Assembly (NCBI GenBank): GCA_964609585.1
Contig: CAZSRA010000004.1
Span: 27,417-91,416 of the forward strand
Direction of reading: 5' to 3'
Origin: an uncultured Candidatus Saccharimonadales bacterium
GTDB taxonomy: Bacteria; Patescibacteriota; Saccharimonadia; UBA4664
DNA length: 64,000 nucleotides
Both the position numbers and the translations under genes were made by a program. Below are positions 47,791-57,994 of this stretch, piece by piece. The number at the start of each line of letters is the position of its first letter. The first letter of the stretch is position 1. Under the pieces are notes generated by a model that did not search any database, was not told where the DNA came from, and saw nothing but the letters and a program-made list of their open reading frames with translations.

Positions 47791-48273
47791 GTGAGAAACC
47801 TCCTTAAGAAAGAAAAGGGTTTTACCCTTATAGAAATCGTGCTTGTCTTGGCCATTGCGGGTCTTTTGCTCGTGATTGTGTTCTTGGCGGTGTCTGGGGC
47901 TCAGAAGAGTCGGCGAGATACGCAGCGGAAGAACGACTTGAGCCGAGTAGCAGCTCAGCTGGAAAGTTTTGCTTCGAATAATAATGGATGCTACCCAGGA
48001 TCGGGTGGTCTAGGGGGTTGTCCTGCAGGTATATCAACATTTGCTGTTTTTGCAGCTAGTACCTACATCACAGGAGCAAATTTGACTGATCCGCTGCAAG
48101 GTGGTGCATATACTTATGCTGGACTAGTAACTCCAACTTCTGCTGTTGCTGCTGGCTTCCAGTATCAAATTGGAGCTGGTACTACTTGCGATGGAGTCGC
48201 AAATGCTAGTGCTCGAGTATATAGCTTGCGACTAGGTCTTGAGCAGGGCACTGGCTGCCGGGACAACAAGTAA
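47791..48273 (+). CDS. Type IV pilin, probably the major pilin
   Basis: KKEKG|FTLIE class III signal, RDTQRKNDL, 4 Cys; own promoter, strong SD and terminator. Confidence 0.9.
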   Translation: MRNLLKKEKGFTLIEIVLVLAIAGLLLVIVFLAVSGAQKSRRDTQRKNDLSRVAAQLESFASNNNGCYPGSGGLGGCPAGISTFAVFAASTYITGANLTDPLQGGAYTYAGLVTPTSAVAAGFQYQIGAGTTCDGVANASARVYSLRLGLEQGTGCRDNK

Positions 48274-48300
48274 TCCAAAAAACGGATTCGCGATTTCCAA

Positions 48301-48328
48301 AAAAAAGAGGCCTTCGGGCCTCTTTTTA
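48301..48328 (+). terminator. Intrinsic terminator after pilin
   Basis: AAAAGAGGCC-TTCG-GGCCTCTTTT. Confidence 0.88.
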
Positions 48329-48342
48329 GGTATAATCTTCTT

Positions 48343-48774
48343 ATGCTTCGTGAGTCGAGGGGTTTTACTATTATTCAGCTTATTACTGCTATGACGGTGG
48401 TAGGGCTTTTGGTAGTGGGGTTGGTGGTGCATGAATTGAAGATTGCGCAGCAGGATGATCAGCGGAAGGGGAATTTGGCGCTGGTGGAAGGGCTGGTGAG
48501 CCGGTATGCGGAGAATCATTTGGGGCGGTATCCGTCGACGAAGGAGGCGAGCATACTGGGCACAGATTTTCAGATGCAATTTGATGGTTTGCGGCTTTTG
48601 GACCCGAAGACGGGGCATTATTATGTGTTGGGATCGGATTTTGGGCCTTGTAATGGTGGTGCGGACACGCCGGACCGGGGGCCGGGATATGTGAGCTATA
48701 AGAGTCCGGGGGATAATGGCCCGTATGCTTTGAGGATTTGTTTGGAAAAGGGAGAATTTTACGTTGGCAATTAG
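48343..48774 (+). CDS. Pilin-like protein (Gln at +5)
   Basis: SRG|FTIIQLI signal, DDQRKGNL, GRYP, 2 Cys. Confidence 0.8.
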   Translation: MLRESRGFTIIQLITAMTVVGLLVVGLVVHELKIAQQDDQRKGNLALVEGLVSRYAENHLGRYPSTKEASILGTDFQMQFDGLRLLDPKTGHYYVLGSDFGPCNGGADTPDRGPGYVSYKSPGDNGPYALRICLEKGEFYVGN

Positions 48775-49555
48775 CTACGGGCTCGTGGAGGTGCTGTTTG
48801 GGCTGATTTTTGGATCGGCGATCAATGCGATGGTGTGGCGGCTGAAGGTGGGGCGGAGCTGGGCGCGGGGTAGGAGTGTGTGCTCGGAATGTGGACATAC
48901 GCTGGCTGCGAAGGATTTGGTGCCGGTGCTGTCGTGGATTGCTTTGGGCGGAAAGTGCCGGTATTGCCGGAAGCCGATTGCCGATCACCCGGTAGTGGAG
49001 CTGGTGACGGGAGTAGTGTTTGGCGTGTCGGCGTATGTGCTAGCGCCGACGAGTCTGGCGGGCTGGGTGGGGCTCGGGTTTTGGCTGGTGCTTGTGGTGA
49101 TGCTTTTGGTGCTGGCGGTATACGACGCGCGGTGGATGATTTTGCCGGATGTGGTGATGGTGCCAACGATCGTGGTGGCGCTCGTGTATACGGTGGTGAT
49201 GGCGGTGATGGCTCGTAGCCCGCAGGTGGCGCTGGGGGCATTTGAGGCGGCGGTGGCGGTCGGCGGGGCTTTTTATGGGCTGGTAGTGGTGACAAAGGGT
49301 CGCGGGATGGGTGGTGGCGATATAAAGCTAGCGTTTGCGATGGGACTGGTGCTGGGCTTGCAGGGTACGGCGATAGCGATGTTTGTGGCTTTTAATGTGG
49401 CGGCGGTGGTAGGCTTGGTGTTGATTGCGAAGCGCAAGCGGGGCCGGCGTGATCATATGCCGTTTGGGCCGTATTTGGTGGGGGGGACGATGGTGGCGTT
49501 TTTGTTTGGGCGGCAGATTGTGGCATGGTATCTGAAATTAAATGGGTTATATTGA
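48764..49555 (+). CDS. pilD: Prepilin peptidase (A24)
   Basis: RSVCSEC...GKCRYC zinc motifs, YDARWMILPD, MGGGDIKL, PFGPYL. Confidence 0.95.
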   Translation: MAISYGLVEVLFGLIFGSAINAMVWRLKVGRSWARGRSVCSECGHTLAAKDLVPVLSWIALGGKCRYCRKPIADHPVVELVTGVVFGVSAYVLAPTSLAGWVGLGFWLVLVVMLLVLAVYDARWMILPDVVMVPTIVVALVYTVVMAVMARSPQVALGAFEAAVAVGGAFYGLVVVTKGRGMGGGDIKLAFAMGLVLGLQGTAIAMFVAFNVAAVVGLVLIAKRKRGRRDHMPFGPYLVGGTMVAFLFGRQIVAWYLKLNGLY

Positions 49556-49564
49556 TAAGTACTT

Positions 49565-50209
49565 ATGGCTATGAAGAGACAAGCTGGTTTTACGCTGATT
49601 GAGCTCATTTTGGTGATGGCGATTTCGTCGATGTTGGCGGTGATAGCCTTTGCTGGGCAGCGGGGACTGCGGAGTCAGAGTCAGTTTGACGCTGACGTGA
49701 ACAAGCTGGTATCGACGATTGCGGATGCGCGCAACGAGGCGACGGCGGCGGTGAATATGGCGGGACCGGGCAATGGGTCGAAGAATTGTTTGATTAATAC
49801 GGTGCCAGGGGCTCAATACGTGTTTGCGGGAGTGGTGTGGAGTGCGATTGATGCGCCGGGAGGCGCGACGTTTCGCCTGGACTTTTATGCCGCCGACCGG
49901 AATGCGGCGCCAGCGGTAGCATGTGTGTTTGATACCCGCACGATTAGCGTGACGTCGGCGGTGATGCGCGTAAATGTGGCACCGGGGACGGGTGTGGCGA
50001 AGTCGGTATTTATACGTGACAACACGGGTAATTTGAACGTGTGCGCCGTGACGGCGGCGGCAACGAATGTGCTCACGAGCTTTACGGCTGGGAACTGCGT
50101 GGCGGGAGCGGCTGGTAATACGGCACTGGTGGTGAATTTGAGCGATGCCGATGGGCATACGTCGAAGGTGCAGGTAGATCCGAGCGGACTGGCACGGCGA
50201 ATTAACTAG
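49565..50209 (+). CDS. Minor pilin (FimT/FimU-like)
   Basis: QAG|FTLIELILV, ARNEA. Confidence 0.85.
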   Translation: MAMKRQAGFTLIELILVMAISSMLAVIAFAGQRGLRSQSQFDADVNKLVSTIADARNEATAAVNMAGPGNGSKNCLINTVPGAQYVFAGVVWSAIDAPGGATFRLDFYAADRNAAPAVACVFDTRTISVTSAVMRVNVAPGTGVAKSVFIRDNTGNLNVCAVTAAATNVLTSFTAGNCVAGAAGNTALVVNLSDADGHTSKVQVDPSGLARRIN

Positions 50210-50248
50210 CCCCGGCGTGTCCATGGTATATTGAAGGTACTTATGCTT

Positions 50249-50821
50249 ATGAACAGGGTTAGAGCGGTGCAGAGAGGCGAGCGGGGTTTTACTTTGATAG
50301 AGCTCCTGGTGGCGATGTCTGTGTTTAGCTTTATGTTGGTGATTGTGGTGACGGGTTTCATTAACATCGTGCGGCTTCATGATGAAGCTTTGGCTGCAAA
50401 CTTGGCCCAGGATAATGCGCGGGTAGCAATGGACGAACTGGTGAGAGGGGTGAGGAATTCTACGGGTGCAGCTTCGGCGACGGGTACCGGTGCCTCGGGT
50501 GTTTTGTGTTTGAATAGCTTAACGGGTTTGCCGGTAGCATACTATGTGCAGGGGGGCGTGCTGATGCGGGCGAACGATTGTGCAGCCCATAGTAATCCGG
50601 CGGCTATTACGTCGAGCTCGGTGTTTGTGTCTGACTTTACGCCGGCACAGCTGTCGCAGGGGCCAAAGGTGGTGAGGCCGCTGGTGCAGATGTCGGTGAC
50701 GGTGGGTTCAAATAACGGCACAACGGCAGGCTCGGGGGCGGCGCTTACGTGTGGTAGCACTAATGCGGACCGGACGTTTTGCTCGGTTGTAACGTTAACT
50801 TCGGAGGCGGCACCACGATGA
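50249..50821 (+). CDS. Minor pilin (PilW-like)
   Basis: ERG|FTLIELLVAM, ARVAMDELVRGVRNS. Confidence 0.85.
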   Translation: MNRVRAVQRGERGFTLIELLVAMSVFSFMLVIVVTGFINIVRLHDEALAANLAQDNARVAMDELVRGVRNSTGAASATGTGASGVLCLNSLTGLPVAYYVQGGVLMRANDCAAHSNPAAITSSSVFVSDFTPAQLSQGPKVVRPLVQMSVTVGSNNGTTAGSGAALTCGSTNADRTFCSVVTLTSEAAPR

Positions 50822-51876
50822 GACTACGAGAATTGCATATTTCGCGAATTACTTTGTCAGGTTCTGCGAGCCTCGAGCCCGGCCGGGATGGCTTTGTTTC
50901 GTTATTTACGGCGATTATGTTGAGTCTGTTGCTCATGGTGATTACGGTGAGTTTGGTGTCGCTAGAGGCACTGCAGTTGCGCAAAGCCGAAGACTCCGAG
51001 CAAACGCTTCGAGCGTACTATGCGGCAGAAGCGGGGGTTGAGGACGCCGTGAGCAAGGTGCTTAATAGCCCTTCGCGGGTGGCTCAGCCGTGTACCACTA
51101 ATACGAGCTACGATATTCCGGGTGCGGCGGGGTGGACGTGTCAGCAGATTACGTTTTCGGGAGCGCCTTCCGGTAAATTGACGGCAGATACGGCCACAAC
51201 GGTGGATCCGGGCCATGTGACGGGGCCGGGTTATAATAGCGCGATTGTGGAGTGGAATCAGGCGTCGAGCGGATCGTTTAGTGTGGGCGCGAGTTTGCCA
51301 TCTCAGGCCGGGTATACGGCTGCGGCACCACCGCTTGAGATCTCGATTGCATCGTACCCGTCGGCCGGGTTTAAGGCGAGTGATATTGGCGGGTCGGTGA
51401 AGTTGCAGAACGCTTTGATTGTGCCCAGGGGTAATACGGGTGCGTATCAGGTAAACTTTGCCGGATTGCTCGGGGGCGGGCAGTGGAATGGGAATTGTGG
51501 CGCTTTGGGACGCAGTTATACGATTAGTGGTAAGGCTTATACAGCAGCCTATAACTGCTATGCGGTGATTACGAATTTGACTACGGCTAAGGATTATTTG
51601 TTTCGGATTCGGTCACGGTATTTGCCCACGACGTACCGGATGACGTTTATGACGAGTGCAAATGGTGGGGGATCGGTAGTGCCAGTGCCGGATGGGATGG
51701 CTACCATTGATGTGACAGCCCAGGCTGGACAGACATACCGCCGGGTGATTTCAAAACTGCCTTTGGGAGTGGGAGCTGAGGCGACTTTGAACTACGTGAT
51801 TTATTCGGATACCAATGTGTGCAAGAACTTTACGGTACTCGATAACGTGGCACCACCGCCAAATACAGGGTGTTAA
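50818..51876 (+). CDS. Minor pilin (PilX-like)
   Basis: DG|FVSLF (no Glu5), RAYYAAEAGVEDA PilX N-terminal motif; ATGA overlap. Confidence 0.85.
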   Translation: MRLRELHISRITLSGSASLEPGRDGFVSLFTAIMLSLLLMVITVSLVSLEALQLRKAEDSEQTLRAYYAAEAGVEDAVSKVLNSPSRVAQPCTTNTSYDIPGAAGWTCQQITFSGAPSGKLTADTATTVDPGHVTGPGYNSAIVEWNQASSGSFSVGASLPSQAGYTAAAPPLEISIASYPSAGFKASDIGGSVKLQNALIVPRGNTGAYQVNFAGLLGGGQWNGNCGALGRSYTISGKAYTAAYNCYAVITNLTTAKDYLFRIRSRYLPTTYRMTFMTSANGGGSVVPVPDGMATIDVTAQAGQTYRRVISKLPLGVGAEATLNYVIYSDTNVCKNFTVLDNVAPPPNTGC

Positions 51877-51878
51877 TC

Positions 51879-52409
51879 ATGAAGAAGTTTTTGGCTTCAC
51901 AGAGCGGTGATACGATTATTGAAGTGACGATGGCGCTGGCGATTTTGGCGGTAGTGCTGATGAGTGCGACGCTGGTGACGACGCGAGCTTTTCGGCTTGG
52001 GCAAACGGCGCGAGAGCGGACAACGATGGCGGAGGCAGCGCAGGGGCAGGCGGAAGAACTGCGGAGTTTTCGGGATAATCATACGTGGTCGGAGTTTTTG
52101 TATGGGGGTTCCATTGCGGGGGTGGCCTACAATGGGGTACTGACGATTCCGGGTGGTCCGGGATGTCATGTTTCGACGCCTTGTGCGCATATGTTGTATC
52201 GAACGTTTGCTGCGGGGGCGGTGGAATTTGTGCCTTCAGCCTCGCCGGTGGCGGGTCCGGTGCCTACGTCTTACTTGGAGATTTCGGTAACGCCGTTGAC
52301 GGCTCCACCGGTTACGAGCGTGAGCGTAACGGTGAGCTACGGCTTTACTGAGCTTGGTGGCTCCAATGTGGACGCGGGCCACATAAAGACAACGCTTACT
52401 CAGCTTTAG
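51879..52409 (+). CDS. Minor pilin (PilV-like)
   Basis: QSG|DTIIEVTMALAIL, AQGQAEELRS. Confidence 0.82.
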   Translation: MKKFLASQSGDTIIEVTMALAILAVVLMSATLVTTRAFRLGQTARERTTMAEAAQGQAEELRSFRDNHTWSEFLYGGSIAGVAYNGVLTIPGGPGCHVSTPCAHMLYRTFAAGAVEFVPSASPVAGPVPTSYLEISVTPLTAPPVTSVSVTVSYGFTELGGSNVDAGHIKTTLTQL

Positions 52410-53325
52410 GGCGGCTGTGGAACTTTTCGTGGACGGCTTTGAGCTGAGGATCGGTGATATGGGTGTAGATTTGAGTGGTAGCGATGTTGGCGTGTCCGAG
52501 AAGGCCCTGGACACTACGGATGTCGGCGCCGTTGATGAGTAAGTCGGTAGCGAAGCTATGGCGCAGGGTGTGGGGTGTGACGTCCTTGGTGATACCGGCA
52601 GCTACGGCGTAGCGTTTTACGAGGCGCTGGACGCTACGGACGGTGAGACGGGTATACATACCGCCTTCAGCGTCATCCTGGGTGCCGGAGTAGTGGATGA
52701 AGAGGGGTTTGCCGGAGTCTCCTCGGGTTTTTAGATAGCGATCGATCCAGGTGGCAGCTTGCTCGGAAATGAAGATGGGGCGGTCTTTTTGACCCTTGCC
52801 GCGGACCATGAATTCGCGGCGGTCGAGATTAATGTGGTCGATGTTTAGATCCACGAGCTCGGATACGCGCAGGCCGCCGGAAAAGAGGAGCTCGATGATG
52901 GCGCGGTCGCGCAGGCCTACGGGATTGCTCGTGTCGATGGCGTCGAGGAGGCGCTCGACTTCCTCGGTTTCGAGGAAGGTGACTTTGGGACGGACGGTTT
53001 TGGCGAGCTCGATTTTGGCGGAGTCGAGGGCTGCAATGTCCCGCTTGGCGAGGTATTTGAGGAAGCTCCGTAGGGCTATGAGGTGATAGTTTTGGGTGGT
53101 TTTGGTGAGCTCGTGGCCGGTGGAATCCTTGGTGCGATTGAGGTGGAGGCGCCATTGGCGGATCATTTCAGCGTCGAGTTTTTGGATGTCGCAGTCGCCA
53201 GAGAATTCGACTAGGCGCTGGAGGTAATGATCGTAGTTGCTGATGGTTTTTTGGCTACGGTTTTGCTCCACTTCGAGATGTTCGAGGAAGTCGGTGACGA
53301 GTTCGGAGAGAGGGAGCGTGGCCAT
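52396..53325 (-). CDS. Xer-family tyrosine recombinase
   Basis: SAM-like N-domain, GLRVSEL, VRGKG, HTLRHSFAT, LGHANIATTQIY. Confidence 0.93.
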   Translation of the reverse strand: MATLPLSELVTDFLEHLEVEQNRSQKTISNYDHYLQRLVEFSGDCDIQKLDAEMIRQWRLHLNRTKDSTGHELTKTTQNYHLIALRSFLKYLAKRDIAALDSAKIELAKTVRPKVTFLETEEVERLLDAIDTSNPVGLRDRAIIELLFSGGLRVSELVDLNIDHINLDRREFMVRGKGQKDRPIFISEQAATWIDRYLKTRGDSGKPLFIHYSGTQDDAEGGMYTRLTVRSVQRLVKRYAVAAGITKDVTPHTLRHSFATDLLINGADIRSVQGLLGHANIATTQIYTHITDPQLKAVHEKFHSRPKAE

Positions 53326-53484
53326 GGATTTATGGTATCACGTTGTTGCAAGGAGGGCGCGTTGGAGGTCGAAAGGTAGGCTTTGCTCGAGGAAACCGGT
53401 GCGCTGGCCGATTTCGACGGCGTGGTGGGGATATGCCCTTCTTGTGGACGGGTCAATTGGCTGGTCTCCTGGTACAATTGCGGT

Positions 53485-55374
53485 ATGGAAAGTAACGTGG
53501 TGCCAATGCGGCCAGTGATTATGAAGACGGTCGTAGTGTGTCTGGGGCTCGCTATGGCGCCGTGGCTCACGGGAGGCCAGGAGCCGCTGGGCCGATTGAT
53601 CGCCGGGTTTGCTTTGTTGCTTGGGGTGCTTTTGGTGTGGCGGCAGCCGGTGGCTCGGAAGTTGAAACGGGGACCACTCGTGGTGAGCTTTGGGCTGTTG
53701 ATTGGGGCGGGGGTATTGTCGCTATTATGGACTGCCAACCGGTATTCGAGCGTGGTGTGGATCATGCAGTGGGTAATGATGGGGCTCGCTTTTCGCTTGT
53801 CTTATGCTGTTTCTAGCGACCGCGTTGGTCGGCTGTGGGTAGTCAGAATGTACTTAGTGTCCGCGGCACTGTTTTGTGTGGCGGCTATTTGGATGTATTT
53901 TGTGAGTAGCTATGGTCGGCTGACAGGGACGTTTTACTGGCCCAATCCTGCGGCTGGTTATCTATTACCCGCGATTATGTTGGGCGTTGATGGGGTGAGG
54001 CGATCTAAGGTTGGCCGTGCTCTCTATGCATGGATGGCTGCGACGGTTTTGTTTGTGGCCGCGTTTTTGCTAGCAGATTCCCGGGCAGCGAGCGTAGTTT
54101 TGTTCATTATTTTGGTATTGTTTTTGCTTTTAGTGAAGCTTTCTCGACGTTTTTGGGTAAATTTTGTGTTCGTTTTTGTAATGGCGTTTGGAGTGAGTTT
54201 TGGGATGGTAAAGTTGAGCTCTGTGGTGGTTCAGCATAGTGACAAGGTTGCACCGGGATCGCGACTCGTTGAGGCGGCATCGGGTAGTTCTGTGAGCGGT
54301 AGTGACCGCTTGTATTTTCTGGGTAGTGCATTTGAAATGTGGTTTACCCATCCTTTGGGCGGCGTAGGGGCAGGGGCTTTTGGAGATATTCATCCGAGAT
54401 ACCAGCAGCGGGTAGTGAGCGCTTCAGCTAATGTTCATAACATCTACGTGCAGGTTCTGGCTGAGCTTGGGCTGGTGGGGGCTGTGGCGCTGGCGGCTGT
54501 GCTTTTGGCTCTTATGCTTGGGTTGCTAAGGGGACTCGTGGCGCATCCGGAATTAATGCCAGTGGCGATTGGACTGATGGGTTTGCTTTTGCATGCAGGA
54601 CTCGACATCGACGCCAGTTATCCAGCTCTGTTGAGCCTAGTGGGTGTATTTTTTGGCCTATTGCATACTCAAAGAAACGAACCGTGGGTAAAAACGAAAC
54701 CTTTTACACCAATGTTGGCTATGGTGATTTTGGTGCCAGTGGTGAGCTTGTATTTTAGTCAGACCTGGGCCGAGCGGGGAAGGGTGGCACAAGCTGATGG
54801 GGACTATGAGCTGGCGACTGAAGATTTTGCGCGGGCGACGACGGGGCTGGTTTACAACCCGGATTTTGTGACGGCGGAGGGGATTAACCAGTTGCAATTG
54901 GGCGAGCTGGATTTGGCGTTGAGCGGGGCGCGGCGGGCGGAGGCGCTGGATCCGAACGATGGGCAACACCATCAGTTGGAGGGTCGCATACTCGTGCGCC
55001 AAGGTGATTTGAAGGGGGCGGAAGCGGCTTTTCGGGTAGCATTGGCGCTTGATCGACTCAACCATCCGGACTACGCGCTTGATCTCGCGGCAACTTTGGA
55101 GCTTGAGCACAGGCCCACGGAAGCAGTGCAAGTGGCCCAGACCATGCTCGACCAGTATCCGGCGGCGGTTGTGAGTAATCGTTCCGCTGACGAAACGGTG
55201 GGGCCGAATCTGGCCAACTTGGAGGCGCTGGTGGGTAATGTGGCATTGGAGCAGGGAGATTTGGTCAAAGCACGGTCGGCGGCGGCTCAGGCCTTGAAGC
55301 TTGATCCGCAGAGTTTGCGAGGGCGAGCATTGATGCATCAGGTAGAGAAAGCAGTAAGTAACTCTAGCCAGTAG
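53485..55374 (+). CDS. O-antigen ligase/Wzy_C-type membrane protein with C-terminal TPRs
   Basis: Many TMs, GTFYWPN, SRA, GVGAGAF, HNIYVQVLAELGLVG, TPR helices. Confidence 0.85.
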   Translation: MESNVVPMRPVIMKTVVVCLGLAMAPWLTGGQEPLGRLIAGFALLLGVLLVWRQPVARKLKRGPLVVSFGLLIGAGVLSLLWTANRYSSVVWIMQWVMMGLAFRLSYAVSSDRVGRLWVVRMYLVSAALFCVAAIWMYFVSSYGRLTGTFYWPNPAAGYLLPAIMLGVDGVRRSKVGRALYAWMAATVLFVAAFLLADSRAASVVLFIILVLFLLLVKLSRRFWVNFVFVFVMAFGVSFGMVKLSSVVVQHSDKVAPGSRLVEAASGSSVSGSDRLYFLGSAFEMWFTHPLGGVGAGAFGDIHPRYQQRVVSASANVHNIYVQVLAELGLVGAVALAAVLLALMLGLLRGLVAHPELMPVAIGLMGLLLHAGLDIDASYPALLSLVGVFFGLLHTQRNEPWVKTKPFTPMLAMVILVPVVSLYFSQTWAERGRVAQADGDYELATEDFARATTGLVYNPDFVTAEGINQLQLGELDLALSGARRAEALDPNDGQHHQLEGRILVRQGDLKGAEAAFRVALALDRLNHPDYALDLAATLELEHRPTEAVQVAQTMLDQYPAAVVSNRSADETVGPNLANLEALVGNVALEQGDLVKARSAAAQALKLDPQSLRGRALMHQVEKAVSNSSQ

Positions 55375-55431
55375 CGTGAGGCTACTTGGATAGGTATAAT
55401 GCCTGATATGTATTTGATTGGACGGCACTAA

Positions 55432-56031
55432 ATGATACAAGGATTGATTTCTAGCCTGGGCGTTGGGGGTATTGGGCTCGGGGTGTTTTTGAATGGGCTG
55501 GGCGTTCCGGGACTCAGCGAAGTGCTTTTGCCTTTGGGTGGGGCAGCTGTGAGCCATGGGCGGATGAATCTCGTGGTGCTGCTACTCGTGGCTTTGGTGT
55601 CGCAGCTAGTGGGGCTAAGCGCTGCATATTTCATTGCCAAGTACGGTGGGCACGCCTTGATTGTGAAGTACGGGAAGTATATCCTCGTGTCGCACCGGGA
55701 GCTCGCGGCCGTGGAGAAGACGTTTGAAAAGTACGGGCAGTGGCTGGTGCTGTTTGGCGCGTTTATTCCGGGAATTCAGGGATTTATTGGCTATGTAGCG
55801 GGGCTCGCGGAAATGAACTTTGCCCGGTTTGTGATCGCGGCGCTGGTGGGTAAACTGGTATGGATCGGGGGTTTGGTGTACTTGGGATCAGTACTTGGGA
55901 GTCACGTAGGAGCAATTCTTGCCAGCATGCGGCAGGTGGGCGTGTTAGTATTGGCGGCAGTACTGGGCGTGGGATTCTGGTACCTATATACACACCGGCA
56001 GCGTCGCCGCGATAAAGGAGCGAAAAATTGA
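55432..56031 (+). CDS. DedA-family membrane protein
   Basis: GVPGLSEVLLPLGG, FEKYG, FIPG, AGLAEM. Confidence 0.88.
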   Translation: MIQGLISSLGVGGIGLGVFLNGLGVPGLSEVLLPLGGAAVSHGRMNLVVLLLVALVSQLVGLSAAYFIAKYGGHALIVKYGKYILVSHRELAAVEKTFEKYGQWLVLFGAFIPGIQGFIGYVAGLAEMNFARFVIAALVGKLVWIGGLVYLGSVLGSHVGAILASMRQVGVLVLAAVLGVGFWYLYTHRQRRRDKGAKN

Positions 56032-57320
56032 AGATTAAACAGACAACGCTCGAGAATGGCCTGCGGATTGTAACAGCGAGTTTGGCCGATGCACGGAGCG
56101 TGACGGTAAACATTATGGTAGGTGCAGGCTCTCGATTTGAAGATTATCAGGCGAATGGTGGGGTTTCTCATTTTTTGGAACACCTGCTATTTAAGGGCTC
56201 GAAGAAGTATCCGACAGCGCAGGTGATCGCAGAGGCCGTGGATGCGGTGGGTGGCTACAATAATGCTTATACGACCGAAGATGTGACGGCGTTTTACATT
56301 AAAGTGCCGGCACGCCACGGGGCTTTGGCGCTGGACATTTTGAGCGATATGGTGCAAGCGCCGTTGCTCGATCAGACAGAACTCGATCGTGAGCGCAGTG
56401 TGATTGTGGAAGAAATGAACGTGTTTCGCGATGATCCGTCGCGGTTTATTGGTACGCTCGTGCCGGGGCTGATCTTTCCTGATAATCCGTTGGGCCGGGA
56501 TGTAATTGGTACGGAAGCAGTAATTAATAGTATTTCCCGCGAGGCAATTGCTGAGTATCTAGCGAAGCATTACCGGCCGAATAATCTGGTGGTGGCGGTG
56601 GCTGGAGCGGTGGACCACGATGAGGTGGTGGCTCAGGTGAAGGTCCGGCTTGGCGATATGCAAACGGGAGAGCTGGCGGAGATTGTGCCGGTACCGGCGG
56701 CTTCTGACAAGGATCTGGTGGTAACGCATTCTAAACCCACGGCGCAGGCTCATTTTATGGTGGCTGCGCGCGGGTATGCTTATGAGGACGCGGATGAGCC
56801 GGCTTCGCGGCTGGTGGCGGCGATTTTGGGTCGCGGGATGAGTTCGCGGTTGTTTTTGAACGTGCGCGAGCGGCAAGGACTGGCTTACACGGTGTTTGCA
56901 GAGGTGAATCCCTTTGTGGATACGGGGTTGTTTGAGGCGTATGCGGGTGTTAATCTCGATAAGATCCAGCAAGCTTTGGATTCGGTGCTGCATGAGCTGG
57001 CGCTGATTCGGACCGAACTGGTGGGTGAGGCTGAGCTGCAAAAGGCGAAGCAGCAGCTGACAGCGGGGCTGGAGATGAGCCTGGAGAGTAATGGTAGCGT
57101 GGCGGACCGGATTGGTTCGCAACTGGTGCTTTTGGGTAAGGTGAAGCCGATTGAGGAGACGATTGCTGGGATTGAAGCGGTAACGGCGGAGGATGTGTTG
57201 CGGGTCGCGAAGGCGATGCTTGCGCCAGAGCAACTGCGGTTTGCTATTATTGCTCCGGAGCCTGAGGCTGCCGCGAAGCATTTCGTAGATTATATTACAA
57301 CAACAAAGGAGAAGTTATAG
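56028..57320 (+). CDS. M16-family zinc peptidase
   Basis: HFLEH inverted zinc motif, NAYT, SSRLF..VRERQGLAY. Confidence 0.95.
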   Translation: MKIKQTTLENGLRIVTASLADARSVTVNIMVGAGSRFEDYQANGGVSHFLEHLLFKGSKKYPTAQVIAEAVDAVGGYNNAYTTEDVTAFYIKVPARHGALALDILSDMVQAPLLDQTELDRERSVIVEEMNVFRDDPSRFIGTLVPGLIFPDNPLGRDVIGTEAVINSISREAIAEYLAKHYRPNNLVVAVAGAVDHDEVVAQVKVRLGDMQTGELAEIVPVPAASDKDLVVTHSKPTAQAHFMVAARGYAYEDADEPASRLVAAILGRGMSSRLFLNVRERQGLAYTVFAEVNPFVDTGLFEAYAGVNLDKIQQALDSVLHELALIRTELVGEAELQKAKQQLTAGLEMSLESNGSVADRIGSQLVLLGKVKPIEETIAGIEAVTAEDVLRVAKAMLAPEQLRFAIIAPEPEAAAKHFVDYITTTKEKL

Positions 57321-57322
57321 CT

Positions 57323-57811
57323 ATGGAACGATCATTAATTGTAGTAAAACCCGATGGCGTACAGCGGTCGCTTGTGGGTCGGTTGTTGCAGCGATTTGAA
57401 GACGCGGGCCTGAAAATGGTGGGCATGAAGATGGTGTGGATCGACGGCGATTTTGCCAAGAAGCACTATTTTGACCTAGCTGAGCGTCGCGGTGAGCATG
57501 TACTGAAGAATATGGTAGATTTAATGACTGAAGGCCCGGTGGTGGCGGTGGTGCTAGAGGGCGTGGAAGCGGTGGAGAACGTGCGTCGGATTGTGGGCGC
57601 AACAGAGCCAAAGTCGGCCGCACCCGGCACGATACGTGGTGACTTTGCGCACCACAGTTTTGGATACACGGACGAGAAGGGCAAAGGCATTCGGAACTTG
57701 ATCCATGCTTCGGGGAATGTGGATGAAGCCAAGCAGGAAATTGCGTTGTGGTTTAAAGACGACGAGATTCATGAGTATAAGACGGATCAGGAAAAGCATC
57801 ACAGTTTCTAA
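57323..57811 (+). CDS. ndk: Nucleoside diphosphate kinase
   Basis: VKPDGV, GATEP...PGTIRGDF, NLIHAS. Confidence 0.96.
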   Translation: MERSLIVVKPDGVQRSLVGRLLQRFEDAGLKMVGMKMVWIDGDFAKKHYFDLAERRGEHVLKNMVDLMTEGPVVAVVLEGVEAVENVRRIVGATEPKSAAPGTIRGDFAHHSFGYTDEKGKGIRNLIHASGNVDEAKQEIALWFKDDEIHEYKTDQEKHHSF

Positions 57812-57994
57812 ACGCTGAGCTTTTAAATAGTTCCTTGAGCCCGCACGTAAGTCGTGCGGGTTTTTAGGTCTCAAAATGTTGGCTGTCTCTTGAGGGATTG
57901 TCGCTTTGCCTACGGGATGCTAGGGTATTGCTCTGGCGAGGATCGTCGTGATCTGAGAGTGGGCCAGCGGAATACCCGAGGAAAAGGGTGCACA

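Noticed and set aside
47960-48273. Lower-GC, T-ending codons in the major pilin as evidence of foreign origin
   Set aside because: Similar bias is seen in highly expressed native genes such as rpsO and recA; it cannot be separated from expression bias here.
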